The notes under the pieces were generated by a model. That model saw nothing but the letters and a program-made list of their open reading frames with translations, had not been told where the DNA came from and searched no databases. Positions 27,693 to 39,000 of a DNA stretch of 64,000 nucleotides are shown here, piece by piece. The DNA comes from an uncultured Planctomycetota bacterium. Its GTDB lineage: Bacteria; Planctomycetota; Planctomycetia; Isosphaerales; Isosphaeraceae. A program made the translations under genes and the position numbers. The stretch's first letter is position 1. Every line of letters begins with the position of its first letter. The stretch is taken from contig CAWGMQ010000006.1 of assembly GCA_963823665.1 (NCBI GenBank), positions 1,376,001-1,440,000 on the forward strand, written 5' to 3'.

Positions 27693-29047
27693 CTACGTCA
27701 GGATGTACGTCCCATCGACGTTCGCTGTGCTGCCGTTGGTACCGGACGAATCCGTGTTGTTGATCGCGTTGGCGAAGGTGTCGGGATCCAGGTACACGAT
27801 GGCACCCGAAACAGTGTAGACGCCGGTATCGGATGCGTTAGGCACAGTCACTGTGCCGATATACAGACCGCCGCCATACGTAGCCGTATTGGATTGCACC
27901 GTGCAGTTGGTGAGGGTCACTGTGCCGGCCGCGACGCACAGGCCGCCGCCGTACGTAGCGGTATTGGATTCGACCGTATCGTTGGTAAGAGCGACCGTGC
28001 CGCCGGCAGCGAACAAAGCGCCGCCGTAACCGGTAATAGCACCCGCAAAACTCGATGTTGTATTGGAATTCAGAGTGCAATTGGCAACTGTCACTATGCC
28101 GCCAGCGACGAACACGCCGGCTCCGAAGGATACGCCGCTGAACGAAGTAATAGCCTGATTACCATTGATGCTGGTCGTGGTCATAACGACCTGTCCGCCG
28201 GCGACGTAAAGGGCGCCCCCGAAGCCGGGGCCGCCAGCGCCGTCATAGTTGAATCCGCCCTCAGCGTAATTCCCTGTGAACGAGGTGTCGCTGATGTTCG
28301 CAGTGCCACCGGCGATATACACCGCCCCGCCGTAAGCATTGCCAGGCGGTGATCCGGTGTCATAAGGATTGTGGATAGGCGGTATGGTGCCAGCCGGCGC
28401 ATCGCCGGTTCCACCAATGGTGTGGTTGCTCGAAAAGAGCGTGCCGTTTTCCAAGATCAGCGACCCGCTGGACCAGATGCCACCGCCCATGGCCGGTACG
28501 TCAGCACCGACGAGAGGTTTGTTCAGCGAGTTCTCATATAGGGTCGCGCCGCTCAGTGTCAGGGCGCCTTGGTTGTAGATTGCCCCACCCCCCCACTGGG
28601 AGGAATCCACCAGTGAACCCCCTTCCAGCGTCAGGTTCTGCAGCGCGAGCGAGGCACCCGCACTCACATCGAAGAAGCGGATGCTCGCATGACGGGGGGC
28701 CGGCTGGAGGGTGTCACCGTTGCCGACAATGGTCAGGTTGTCGTTGGCGGCGATGACCGGCAGGAAGTTCTCGCCGTTGGTGCCATTGTTGGCCGCCGTG
28801 AACAGATACGGTGATGTGGTCGGGGCTGTCAGGGTGATCGTGTTCGCCCCGCCGGCCGCGTTGGCGGACCCGATGTCGGCGATCAGGGCCGAAACGGTGG
28901 GCGCAGTGTAGCTCGCGAGCAGCGCCCGGCCTTCGAGATGGTCGAGGAGCAAGTGTGCCTTTTTGCGGCGCGACGCCGAGTTGCGAGGTTGGCCGCGCAG
29001 GGTGTAGCCGCGCAAAAAGTCCAGGGAGGCCAGGAGGAAATCGACAT
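27693..29047 (-). CDS. Secreted beta-helix protein (frameshift in T homopolymer near 29015)
   Basis: AAGGAG RBS and ATG at 29047. Leader LDHLEGRALL. Paralog of 44713-45774; ends NVDGTYILT. Confidence 0.85.
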
Positions 29048-29095
29048 GTCGAGCTCCTTTTGTATGCGGTCCGCGATGGAACGACTGAGCAAGTA

Positions 29096-29167
29096 CCCCC
29101 GGCGCGCAGACCGAGCGCCAGGGCTTTGCCGATACGGTCAGACTCCTGCTTGTCGGTGAGACTCACC
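29096..29167 (-). promoter_or_regulatory. Conserved leader motif
   Basis: GGTGAG-T-CTCACC palindrome at 29155-29167 plus a downstream GC hairpin. Confidence 0.5.
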
Positions 29168-29207
29168 GGCTGGTTTTGGTTGCCTTGTTCAGTTCGTCGT
29201 CAGAATG

Positions 29208-32200
29208 TTATCCCTTGGCGTCTCCTGCCTTTTTCCGCACTGTCGCCACATCGGCCCACAGTTTCCGCCACGACTCCTGCTGACCGGCCGACAGCTTCTT
29301 GAGCGCGGCCGCTTCACGCACACAGGCCAAGTTGACTTCGCGCTGCCAGTGCAGGAGCGTGGCCCGCACAGCCTGGCGATCCTCCAACGTGCCGCTTTCC
29401 ACTCGCTTCTTCCACTGCTCCAGGTCGGCCCGCAGCCAGGCGAGCGCCTGCTCGCGCAGCCGGCGTTGCTCCTGGTCGTCGAGCTTGTCGGCGTCGATCG
29501 CGGGACCCGACGAGGCGATCGTGGCGCACCAGGCGGCGTTAAAACGATGACCGGCTTTCAGCTCCTCAGCCAGTTTCGGGTCGGCGGTGAAGGCGTCGGC
29601 ATACAGCCGGGCGGCGGCGACGTACCGGCGCGTCAGCCGGCATACTTCCGCGAGGCCGAGCCGCTCGCCGTTGTCGGTGGCCGTGGCTTTCCCTGCGAGC
29701 ACGTCGGCGAGCTTTGCCTCCAACCGCGCCAGCCGTTCGGGGTTTGCGACCCGTTGGGCCGACACGAACTTCGGGTCAAGTTCGATGGCCTTCCTGTATT
29801 CGCCGATGGCCTCGTCCAACTGGTTCTTGGCCAGCAGTGCGTGGCCGAGGTAGAAGTGGTACGGTGCGAGCTTGGGGTCGAGCTCGATGGCCCTCCTGAA
29901 TTCGCCGATGGCCTCGTCCAAGTGGTACTTGGACCACAGTACGTGGCCGAGGAAGTAGTGTGCCATTCCGAGCTTGGGTTCGAGCTCGACGGCCTTCTTG
30001 AATTCGCCGATGGCCTCGTCCCAGTGGTTCTTGGACCACAGTGCCTCGCCGAGGTGAAAGTGGGCACATGCTTCCATGGGATCGAGTTCGATGGCCTTGC
30101 GGTGTAGGGCGATGGCCTCGTCCAACTGGTTCTTGGCGTGCATGCAAATGCCGAGCAACATGTAGAAAATTCCCTGCTTGGGGTCGAGCTCGATGGACTT
30201 CTTGCATTCACGGATGGCCTCTTCCAACTGGCCCTTGCCCAACAGCGAGTGGCCGAGGTTGTGGTGGGCATGTGCGAACTTGGGGTCGACTTCGATGGCC
30301 TTCCTGTATTCGGCGATGGCCTCGTCCAACTGGCCCTTGACTTGCAATTCATAGCCGAGGTTATTGTGGGCAGTTACGAACTTGGGGTCGACTTCGATGG
30401 CCTTCCTGTATTCGGCGATGGCCTCGTCCGGCTGTTTCTTGGCCACCAGCGCGTGGCCGAGGCTGTCGTGGGCGGTCGCGAGCTTGGGATCGAGCTCGAT
30501 GGCCTTCTTGTATTCGGCGATAGCCTCGTCCAACTGGCCCTTGGCTCGCAGTGCGAGGCCGAGGCTGACGTAGGCAGCGCCGGTAGCCGGACGTAGCGCC
30601 AAGGCTGTTCGACAACAGCCGATTGCTTCTTCCACGATCACCGGGGATCGATCCTTGCCATCATAGAGGACACGTCCCAGAAGAAAATGGATCCAAAAAT
30701 CCGTCACGTGACGGCCGCGCGCCCAGCGCAGCAAAGCCAAGGCTTCGTCTACGTCGCCTTGGAGAAAAAGATGCGAGGACAGCAGCACGAGACTGGAAGG
30801 TGGCAGGGACAGCCGCCGTGCTTGGCCGCTCAAGGCCCGTAGTGCCGCGGCGTCCCTGGCGAGGGCCGCGACCCGAAACTGCTGCCGCCACGGATCGTCA
30901 TCCGCCGCCGTCGCGATCGCCTCCACCATCTTCGCCAGCTCCAATTCCTGCACCATCAGGGCACTGGCGTGCCAATTGTCAAGTGCCACGATCAGGGCCT
31001 CGCGGATGGCGGGTTGTTCCGCGCGGATGCGCCGCGCCAGCTCTTCGGTTCGTCCCGGCGTCATCTCCAAACCGTAGGCAGCGCACGCCGCGGCATACTT
31101 CGTGACCGCGCCGGCATCGTCGAAATGGGTTTCGATCCAGCTCGTCGATCGCGACATGCGAGCGTCATCCAGCCAGCTCGATCGCGTCATGCGAGCGTCA
31201 TCCAGGTCGCGCAGCAGCTTTGCCGTCCGCTGGGCTTGCGACCGTTGCTGTCCGGTCTGTCGCCGTTCGTCCTGCACACGCTCTTGTAGATGGGCGTCGG
31301 CCGTTCCGGTCCTCAAGGCGGTCTCCGCCTGGTCCAGCGTCGCTTCGGCTTGGCGCCAAAGCGCCAGGGCAGCGTCCGCCTCCTGGCTCGTCGCGCTCGG
31401 CGCCTCGGCAGCCTGCTTTTTCAACTGCTCCGTCTTGATCAGTACCGCGTTCACGGTTTGTTCCGTCTCGGCCCTGCGACCGGACAGCTCGCTGCGACGC
31501 GCCGCCTGGTCCAGGAGCGCCCAGGTCGCAACGGTGCCGGCCAGCAGCAACACCAGGGCCGCCGCGGCCGTGACCCGCAGCCCCGCCTTGTGCCGGCGCG
31601 TGAACTTGCCGAAGCGATACCAGGCCGACGGCCGGCAGGCCGCAACTGGCTCGTCGTTCAAGTAGCGATCGACGTCCCGAGCCAGCTCGTTGGCCGTCTG
31701 GTAGCGGCGCGTGCGATCCTTCTCGAGCGCCTTCATGACGATCCAGTCCAGCTCGCCACGCAACAGCCGGCAGAGCCGTTTGGGATCGCTCTGCCGCTCG
31801 GCCGAGACCGTCACCGCTGAGGGGCCCAGCGTGCTCAGACGGGTGCTCGGACTGGGCGGATCCTCTTCCCGGATGATACGCCGCATCTCGTCGTAGCCCG
31901 CCGTGCGCAGCCGCTCCTTGTCAAACGGCGTAACGCCCGCCAGCAGCTCGTACAGCAGCACGCCGAGCGAGTAGATGTCGCTGCGCGTGTCGATGTCCAG
32001 ACCGCTCAACTGGGCCTGCTCGGGACTCATGTACATCGGCGTGCCGACGATCTGCGCGAAGCCGGTAAAGAGCGTCTTCTCCGTGAGCTGCTGCCCGAGT
32101 GCCTTGGCGATGCCGAAGTCGATCACCTTCACGACCGGCAAGCCGTCGTGCAGCGTCACCATGACGTTCGAGGGTTTCAAGTCCCGGTGAATGATGCCCT

Positions 32201-32795
32201 TGTGGTGCGCGTGCTGCACGGCATGGCAGACGTGTCTGAAGAGCACCAGCCGCTCCTGGGTGGGCAGGCGGTTCTGATCGCAGTAGTCGGTGATCGGCAC
32301 ACCCTTGACCAACTCCATAACGAAGTGAGGACGGTTCGAACCAGTCTCACCGGCGTCGAGCACCCTGGCGATGTTGGGATGATCCATGAGTGCCAGGGCC
32401 TGGCGCTCGGCCTCGAAGCGGGCAATCACCTGCCGGGTGTCCATGCCCGGCTTGAGGATTTTCAGGGCCACCTTGCGGCGGACCGGCTGCTGCTGCTCGG
32501 CCATGAACACCAGGCCGAAGCCCCCTTCGCCAATCTGTTCCAGGAGCTTGTAGGGACCGATGATCGTGCCGGGGCATTCGGCAATCGGCGCTTCAACGGA
32601 AGGAACGTGGCCGACCGGGGACGATTCCAGGAAGCTTCTCTCCTCTTCGTAGATTCGCAGCAGTTCCAGGAGCCGGTGCATGGCCGCTGGATCGTGGCCG
32701 CAGGCCTCTTGAAGGTAGGCGGCGCGCTCTTCCGGCGCGGCGATGTGCCGGGCACGGTTGAAAATCTCTTTTTCCTCGAGAAGCTTGTGTCCCAT
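29208..32795 (-). CDS. Hanks-type Ser/Thr kinase with TM helix and TPR repeats (kinase A)
   Basis: IGEGGFGLV, VALK, HRDLKPSN, DFG and GTPMYMSPE. TM VTAAAALVLLLAGTVATWA; TPR units LDEAIAEYRKAIELDP. Confidence 0.97.
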   Translation of the reverse strand: MGHKLLEEKEIFNRARHIAAPEERAAYLQEACGHDPAAMHRLLELLRIYEEERSFLESSPVGHVPSVEAPIAECPGTIIGPYKLLEQIGEGGFGLVFMAEQQQPVRRKVALKILKPGMDTRQVIARFEAERQALALMDHPNIARVLDAGETGSNRPHFVMELVKGVPITDYCDQNRLPTQERLVLFRHVCHAVQHAHHKGIIHRDLKPSNVMVTLHDGLPVVKVIDFGIAKALGQQLTEKTLFTGFAQIVGTPMYMSPEQAQLSGLDIDTRSDIYSLGVLLYELLAGVTPFDKERLRTAGYDEMRRIIREEDPPSPSTRLSTLGPSAVTVSAERQSDPKRLCRLLRGELDWIVMKALEKDRTRRYQTANELARDVDRYLNDEPVAACRPSAWYRFGKFTRRHKAGLRVTAAAALVLLLAGTVATWALLDQAARRSELSGRRAETEQTVNAVLIKTEQLKKQAAEAPSATSQEADAALALWRQAEATLDQAETALRTGTADAHLQERVQDERRQTGQQRSQAQRTAKLLRDLDDARMTRSSWLDDARMSRSTSWIETHFDDAGAVTKYAAACAAYGLEMTPGRTEELARRIRAEQPAIREALIVALDNWHASALMVQELELAKMVEAIATAADDDPWRQQFRVAALARDAAALRALSGQARRLSLPPSSLVLLSSHLFLQGDVDEALALLRWARGRHVTDFWIHFLLGRVLYDGKDRSPVIVEEAIGCCRTALALRPATGAAYVSLGLALRAKGQLDEAIAEYKKAIELDPKLATAHDSLGHALVAKKQPDEAIAEYRKAIEVDPKFVTAHNNLGYELQVKGQLDEAIAEYRKAIEVDPKFAHAHHNLGHSLLGKGQLEEAIRECKKSIELDPKQGIFYMLLGICMHAKNQLDEAIALHRKAIELDPMEACAHFHLGEALWSKNHWDEAIGEFKKAVELEPKLGMAHYFLGHVLWSKYHLDEAIGEFRRAIELDPKLAPYHFYLGHALLAKNQLDEAIGEYRKAIELDPKFVSAQRVANPERLARLEAKLADVLAGKATATDNGERLGLAEVCRLTRRYVAAARLYADAFTADPKLAEELKAGHRFNAAWCATIASSGPAIDADKLDDQEQRRLREQALAWLRADLEQWKKRVESGTLEDRQAVRATLLHWQREVNLACVREAAALKKLSAGQQESWRKLWADVATVRKKAGDAKG

Positions 32796-32862
32796 GGTTC
32801 ATCCCTCTATCAATCAAGGCGGAATCCGCGCCTGGCTCCCCTAAGTTTATGGGTAAAATAAC
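32796..32862 (-). promoter_or_regulatory. Conserved kinase upstream element / candidate ECF promoter
   Basis: TTAGGGGAGCCAGGC.CGGATTCCGCCTTGAT.GATAG, near-identical at 50111-50178 and 60005-60068. Confidence 0.6.
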
Positions 32863-33025
32863 TGGCGCAGGCAGCGATTTCAAATCAGCCGCCACCATGA
32901 GCCGATCTGCGATATAATGCCGGTGCAGGTTCCCCGGCGCAGGCCGAGCGCCAGGGGCCGGACAACTCGGTACCTCTTCTGTCTGGGGGGCGAGGATTTA
33001 CCGCTCGTCGCCTGACCCTCCCCGG

Positions 33026-36000
33026 TTACACCAGAGTCCGCTTCGTCAGCTCGCGCGGACGCACCATGCTGGCCAGGAAGTCGGGATCGCCGCTGTAGAC
33101 GATCACGAGCGACTGGTTCACGACCGCGTTGGGCTTGAACGTCAACGTCGCCGCACCTCCCGTGACGGCCGCAGTTCCCAGCGTCTTCACCTGGGTCTTC
33201 TTCCCGTGCTTCTTGACGAACTCGAACGTCACCTGGCCCGTTGGCACGCCCACGCCTGGGGCCACCGGCTCGACTTCCGCGGTCAGCTCGATCCCCGTCA
33301 GCGTCTTCTTCCCTTTCATGACCGGGCGCGGCACGAGTACGATCGACGTGGCTGCTTGGGCGACCGTCTCGGTGGTTGGGCTCGACGACTTGCCCAGGAA
33401 GTCGGCGGCGCCGTTGTACGTCGCCGTGATCGCGTGGGAGCCCACGACCAGGCTGGCGAGGCTGAGCGCGGCCTGACGGGAACCGTTGAGTGCAACGGTG
33501 GCCAGTGGACTGGCGCCGTCGAAGAACGTGACCGTACCGCTGGGTATCCCGACGGACGAGGTCACGGTCGCCGTGAAGGTGACGGCCTGTCCATAGACGG
33601 CGGTACTTGCTGAGGACGACAGTGCGATCGTCGCGGGGCTCGGTGAGATCACGAAGGTCGTGGGCGTGGACTGGATCGCGGCATAATCGGCGCTGCCGGG
33701 GAAGCTGGCCACCACCGTGTAGGTCCCGGCAGCGGACGGCGCCGCCGCGCCCAGTGCCGTGCCCGAAGTCTCCGATCCGACGTAATAAGTGAGCGTCGGG
33801 GCAACACCCTCCAGGCTGGCGGCCGCCGCGCCGCTCGCGCCGATCACCATCGCCTTGGCCGCGATCGACGAGCCGGTGTAGACCCTGTCCGGAGCGTTCA
33901 CGTTCAGCGTCGGCGTCGCCGGGGTGATCGTCAGGGTGCTGCCGGTGAAGTGGATCGCGTAGTTGCCGCCGGCCGTCAGAGTTCCCTGGCCGATCGCGTA
34001 GGGACTGCCCGAGACCGTCTCGCCGGCCGCCCGCGCCAGCGAGCCGGTGAGCACCGTCGCGGCCGTATCCGAGAACTGGAAGCCGCTGCAAGTATAGGCC
34101 AACGTCGGGTCCGCCGAGCCGAAGACCTTGGTCACTTGATCGGCCACGATCGTCATCGTCGCTGGGGTGATGTAGAGCGCACTGCCGGTGAAGTGAATCG
34201 TGTAGTTGCTGTTGGCCGCAAGAGTCCCCTGGGTGATCGCGTAGGGTCCGCCGGATACCGTCTCGCCGGCAGCGCGCACGAGATGTCCAGTCAGCACCGT
34301 CCCCGCCGTGTCGGCGATCGTGACGCCGTCGCCCGTCGTGTTGATCAAGCCTGTCGCGGTGTAAGTCAGGCTGGGATCGGCCGAGCCGTAGACCTTGGTC
34401 TGGGGATTGGCGGTGACGGTCAGAGATGCGGGGTTGATCGTGAGCGTGCTCGGGGTGAAATCGATTGTGTAGTTGCTGTTCGTCGCGAGCGTGCCCTGGG
34501 TGATCGCGTCATCGCCCACCTGCTCTCCGGCCAGCGAGCCTGCTTGAGCCCGGACGAGGGCCCCGCTCAGGTTCGTCGCGGCTGTGTCGTCGATCGTCAC
34601 GCCGTCCACGGTCGTGTTCACCAGACCCGTCGCGGTGACCGTCAAGGCGGGGTCGGCAGTACCGTAGACTTTGGACTGCGCATTGGCGGTGACGGTTAAC
34701 GAGGCCGGGGTGATCGTCAGCGTGCTGCCGGTGAACTGGATTGTGTAATTGCCATCGGCGGCCAGCGTGCCTTGGGCAATCGCATAGCCGCCGGCCTGTT
34801 CGCCAGCAAGGGTGCCCGCCTGGGCGCGGGCCAGGCTACCGGTCAAGACCGAGGCAGCAGTGTCGTCGATCGTCACGCCGTCGACCGTCGTGTCGACCAG
34901 CTCCGTCACGCCGTCGGTCAAGCTGGGGTCGCTCGTGCCATAGACCTTGGTCTGGGCACCGGCGGTGATGGTCAGGGTGGCTGGCGTGATGGTCAGGCTA
35001 CTGCCGGTGAAGCTCATCCTGTAGTTGCCATCGGCGGTGAGCGTACCCTGGGCGATCGTATCGCTACCGACCTGCTCTCCCACCAGGGTCCCCGCCCGCG
35101 CCGGCGAGCCGCTGAGCGCCGTCGCGACCGTATCGTCGATCGCGACGCCGTCCACGGTCGCGTCGACGAGCCCCACCGGCGTGACGGTCAGGGTGGGGTC
35201 GGCCGTACCATAGACCTTGGTCTGGGGATTGGCGTCGACGGTCAAAGTCGCCGGGTTGATCGTCAGCGTGTTGCCGGTGAAGCTGATCGAGTAGTTGCTG
35301 TCGGCGGCGAGCGTCCCCTGGGTGATGACAAAGCCGCCGGCCTGCTCGCCGGCCAGGGTGCTCGCCTGCGCCCGGACGAGCGACCCGGTCAGGACCGTCC
35401 GGGCCGTATCAGTGAACTGGAAGCCGCTGGCGGTGTAGGCCAGCGCCGGATCGGCGGTACCGTAGACCTTGGTCTCGCGGTCCGCCGTGATGGTGAGCGC
35501 CGCCGCGGTGATTGTCAGGCTGCTGCTCGTGCTGGCGGAGGCGAAGGTCCCGTCGCTGGTGTAAGCATAGTTGACCGTGTCGGGCGAGCCGGCCACGGCG
35601 AGGCCGGCGGTGTCGAAGGTGGTGGAGAAGGCGCCGCTGGACCCGATGGTGGCCGACTGCCGGACGCCGCCCAGCGTCACGGCGACGCTCTCGCCCACCG
35701 GGGCCTTTGAGCTGTTGGCCAGCGTCCCGGAGACGGTCACGCTGGCGGTGCCGTAGGTGATGCTCGGGTCGCTGATTCCGGAGAAGGTCAGCGGGATGAG
35801 GGAAGCGTCGTTGGTCAGGGCGAAGTCGGCCGTCGCGTTGTTGCCGCCGGCCGAGGCCGTGACGGTGTAGGAACCCGGCGAGGAGTTCGCCGTGGCGGTG
35901 ACCGAGGCGACCCCATCGGAGCCGATGGTCGCGGAGGTGGCGGAGAGATTCGCCGAGGGGCCGCTGGCAGGTGCCGTGAAGGTCAAAACACCGCCGGCCA

Positions 36001-39000
36001 CGGGCTCGACGGGATTGTTGGCCGTGACGGTGACAGCCAACGGATTGGCGAACGCACTACCCACCGTCGTGGACTGCACAGTGCTGCCCGGCGATGGCGT
36101 GAGCGTGAACCCCTGGCTCTGGAAGGCGCCGAAGTCAGGGTTGGGCGTGTGGAGGGGCTCGCCCCGCTGATCGGTGGTGACGCCGCTGACGGCGATGCCC
36201 GCGCCGATGGCGGCGCTGCCGGGGAGCAGGGCCATGGTTTGGGTCGGACCGCCGTAGTTGCCCAGCGGGGCCAGGCCCAGGTCGGCGAGGCTGGTCAAGA
36301 CGATGTTCCCGTCGACCCCATTGACCAGCCCCCCCGAGCCGCCGGGGCCGACCAGGTTGGCGCGGCCCGAGACGTGGGAGTCGCCGCCGATGTCGCCGGC
36401 GCCGGAGGAATTGGTGTTGCCGGCAACGATGGCGTCGGTCAGGGTGGCCGTGCCGTCATTCTCCAGGCCGCCGCCGGAGCTGGCGGAGTTGGCGCTGAGC
36501 GTGCAGACTGTCAGAGTGGCCGTGCCGTCATTCTCCAGGCCGCCGCCGTCGTCGCTGCTGGCGGAGTTGCCGCTGAGCGTGCAGTCGGTCAGAGTCAGGG
36601 TGGCCGTGTCGTCATTGTCCAGGCCGCCGCCGGAGCTCGCGGAGTTGCCGCTCACGGTGCAGTCGGTGAGCGTCGCCGTGCCGAGGTTCTCCAGACCGCC
36701 GCCATTGCCGGAGGTCGAGCCGCCGGTGATGGTCAGGCCGGAGAGCGCAGCGGTCACACCACTGTCGACCTGGAAGACGCGGCTGTTCCCGCCGCCGCTG
36801 ATGGTCACCCCCGCCGCCGGCCCGGTGATCGTCTCGGTCCCGCCGCCATTGCTGAGCTCGAGCTGGCCGCCTGTCAGCGTGATCGTCTGCGGGCTGGCGA
36901 AGACGGTGGGGTCGAAGCGGATCGAATGGGCCCCCGTCAAGACGTTGGCCAGGTTGACCGCCTGGCCCAGACTCAGGTCGCCGGCCGGCGACGCGGTGCC
37001 GTCGCTGGTGATGTTGACCACCAGCTCGGGCTGGGACTGGAAGGCGCCGATGTCGGGTTGGGGGGAGTCGAGCGGGAAGCCGCGCTGATCGGTGGTGAGG
37101 CCGCTGACGGCGATGCCCGCGCCGATGGCGGCGCTGCCGGGGAGCAGGGCCATGGTCTGCGTCGGACCGCCGTAGTTGCCCAGCGGGGCCAGCCCCAGAT
37201 CGGCGAGGCTGGTCAAGACGATGTTGCCATCGACGCCATTGGACAGACCCCCCGAGCCGCCGGTGCCGATCAGGTTATAGCTGCCCGAGACGTTACTGTC
37301 ACCGCCGATGTCGCTGGCGCCGGAGGGATTGGTGTTGCCGGCGACGATGGTGTCGATCAGGGTGGCCGTGTTGCGATTGTACACGCCGCCGCCGCCGGAG
37401 CCAGCGTAGTTGCCGCTGATCGTGCAGCCGGTCAGAGTCAGGTTGCACGGGTAAAAATTGGCAAAATTGTACACGCCGCCGCCGTTGAGCAAGGCGGAGT
37501 TGCCGCTGACGGTGCAGTCGGCCAGGCTCAAGTCCGCCATGCCGTGATTGTCCAGGCCGCCGCCGAAGTTGGCGGAGTTGCCGCTGATCGTGCAGCCGGT
37601 CAGGGTCAAGTTGGCCAACCCGTAATTATTGAACACGCCGCGATTGTATACGCCGCCGCCGTACTTGGCGGAGTTGCCGCTGACGCTGCAGTCGGCCAGG
37701 GTCACAGATGCCCTGTTGTTTTCCAGGCCGCCGCCTCCGACGTAGGCGGAGTTGCCGCTGACGGTGCAGTCGGTCAGGGTCAGGTTGGCCGTGCCGTAAT
37801 TGTACAGGCCGCCGCCGTCGGCGGCGGAGTTGCCGCTGACGGTGCAGTCGGTCAGGGTCAGGTTGGCCATGCCGTAACTGTACAGGCCGCCGCCCAGGCC
37901 GGCGGAGTTGCTGCTGATCGTGCAGCCGGTGAGCGTCGCCGTACCCAGGTTATCCACACCGCCGCCGCTCGAGCCGGCGAAGTTGCCGCTGATCGTGCAG
38001 CCGGTGATCGTCGCCGTGCCGAGGTTCTCCAGTCCGCCGCCATTCCCCGAGGTCGAGCCGCCGGAGATGGTCAGGCCGGTGAGCGCGGCGGTCACACCGC
38101 TGTCGACCTGGAAGACGCGGCTGTTGCCGCCGCCGCTGATGGTCACGCCCCCGGCCGGGCCGGCGATCGTCTCGGTCACGCCAGTATTGCTCAGCTCGAG
38201 CTGACCGCCCGTCAGCGTGATCGTCTGCGGGCTGGCGAAGACGCTGGCGTCGAAGCTGATCGACTGGGCGCCCGTCAAGACGTTGGCCAGGTTGACCGCC
38301 TGGCGCAGGCTCAAGTCGCCGGAGAGCGACTCGATGCCGTCGCTGGTCGTGTTGACGACGAGCGCGGGCTGGGTCTGGAAGGCGCCGATGTCGGGATTGG
38401 AGGCGTCGAGCGGGAAGCCGCGCTGATCGGCGGTGACGCCGCTGACGGCGATGCCCGCGCCGATGGCCGGGCTGCCGGGAAGCAGGGCCATGGTTTGGGT
38501 CGGCCCGCCAAAGTTGCCCAGCGGGGCCAGGGCCAATTCGGTGAGGCTGGTCAGGATGATGTTGCCGTCGACCCCATTGACCAGCCCCCCGGAGCCGCCG
38601 GTGCCGACCAGGTTGGCGCTGCCTGAGACGTCGCGGGCCCCGCCGATGTCGCTGGCGCCGGAGGGATTGGTGTTGCCGGCGACGATGGTGTCGGTCAGTT
38701 TGGCCTTGCCGTGATTGTACACGCCGCCGACGCTGCCGCCGGGGCCAGCGGGGTCGCCGCTGGCGGAGTTGCCGCTGACCGTGGCGGCGGTCAGCGTGGC
38801 CGTGCCGGCATTCTCGAGGCCACCGCCGGAGACAGCAGAGTTGCCGCTGATCGTGCAGTCGGTCAAGTTGGCCGTGCCGAGGGTGGCCGCGCCGGCATTC
38901 TCCAGGCCGCCGCCGAAGCTGGCGGAGTTGCCGCTGATGGTGCAGTCGGTCAGGCTCACGGTGGCCGTGCTGGAATTGTCCAGGCCGCCGCCGAAGCCGG

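Noticed and set aside
29096..29167. c-di-GMP-I riboswitch (GCAAAGCC plus hairpin)
   Set aside because: No GNRA-capped P2 or tetraloop receptor, and GCAAAG is not kept in the other copies. Retained only as an unnamed leader motif.
36149..38626. 825-aa plus-strand ORF (also 29205-30107, 47079-48428, 55976-57244, 58475-60394)
   Set aside because: Antisense shadows of repetitive high-GC genes, with no recognisable motifs.
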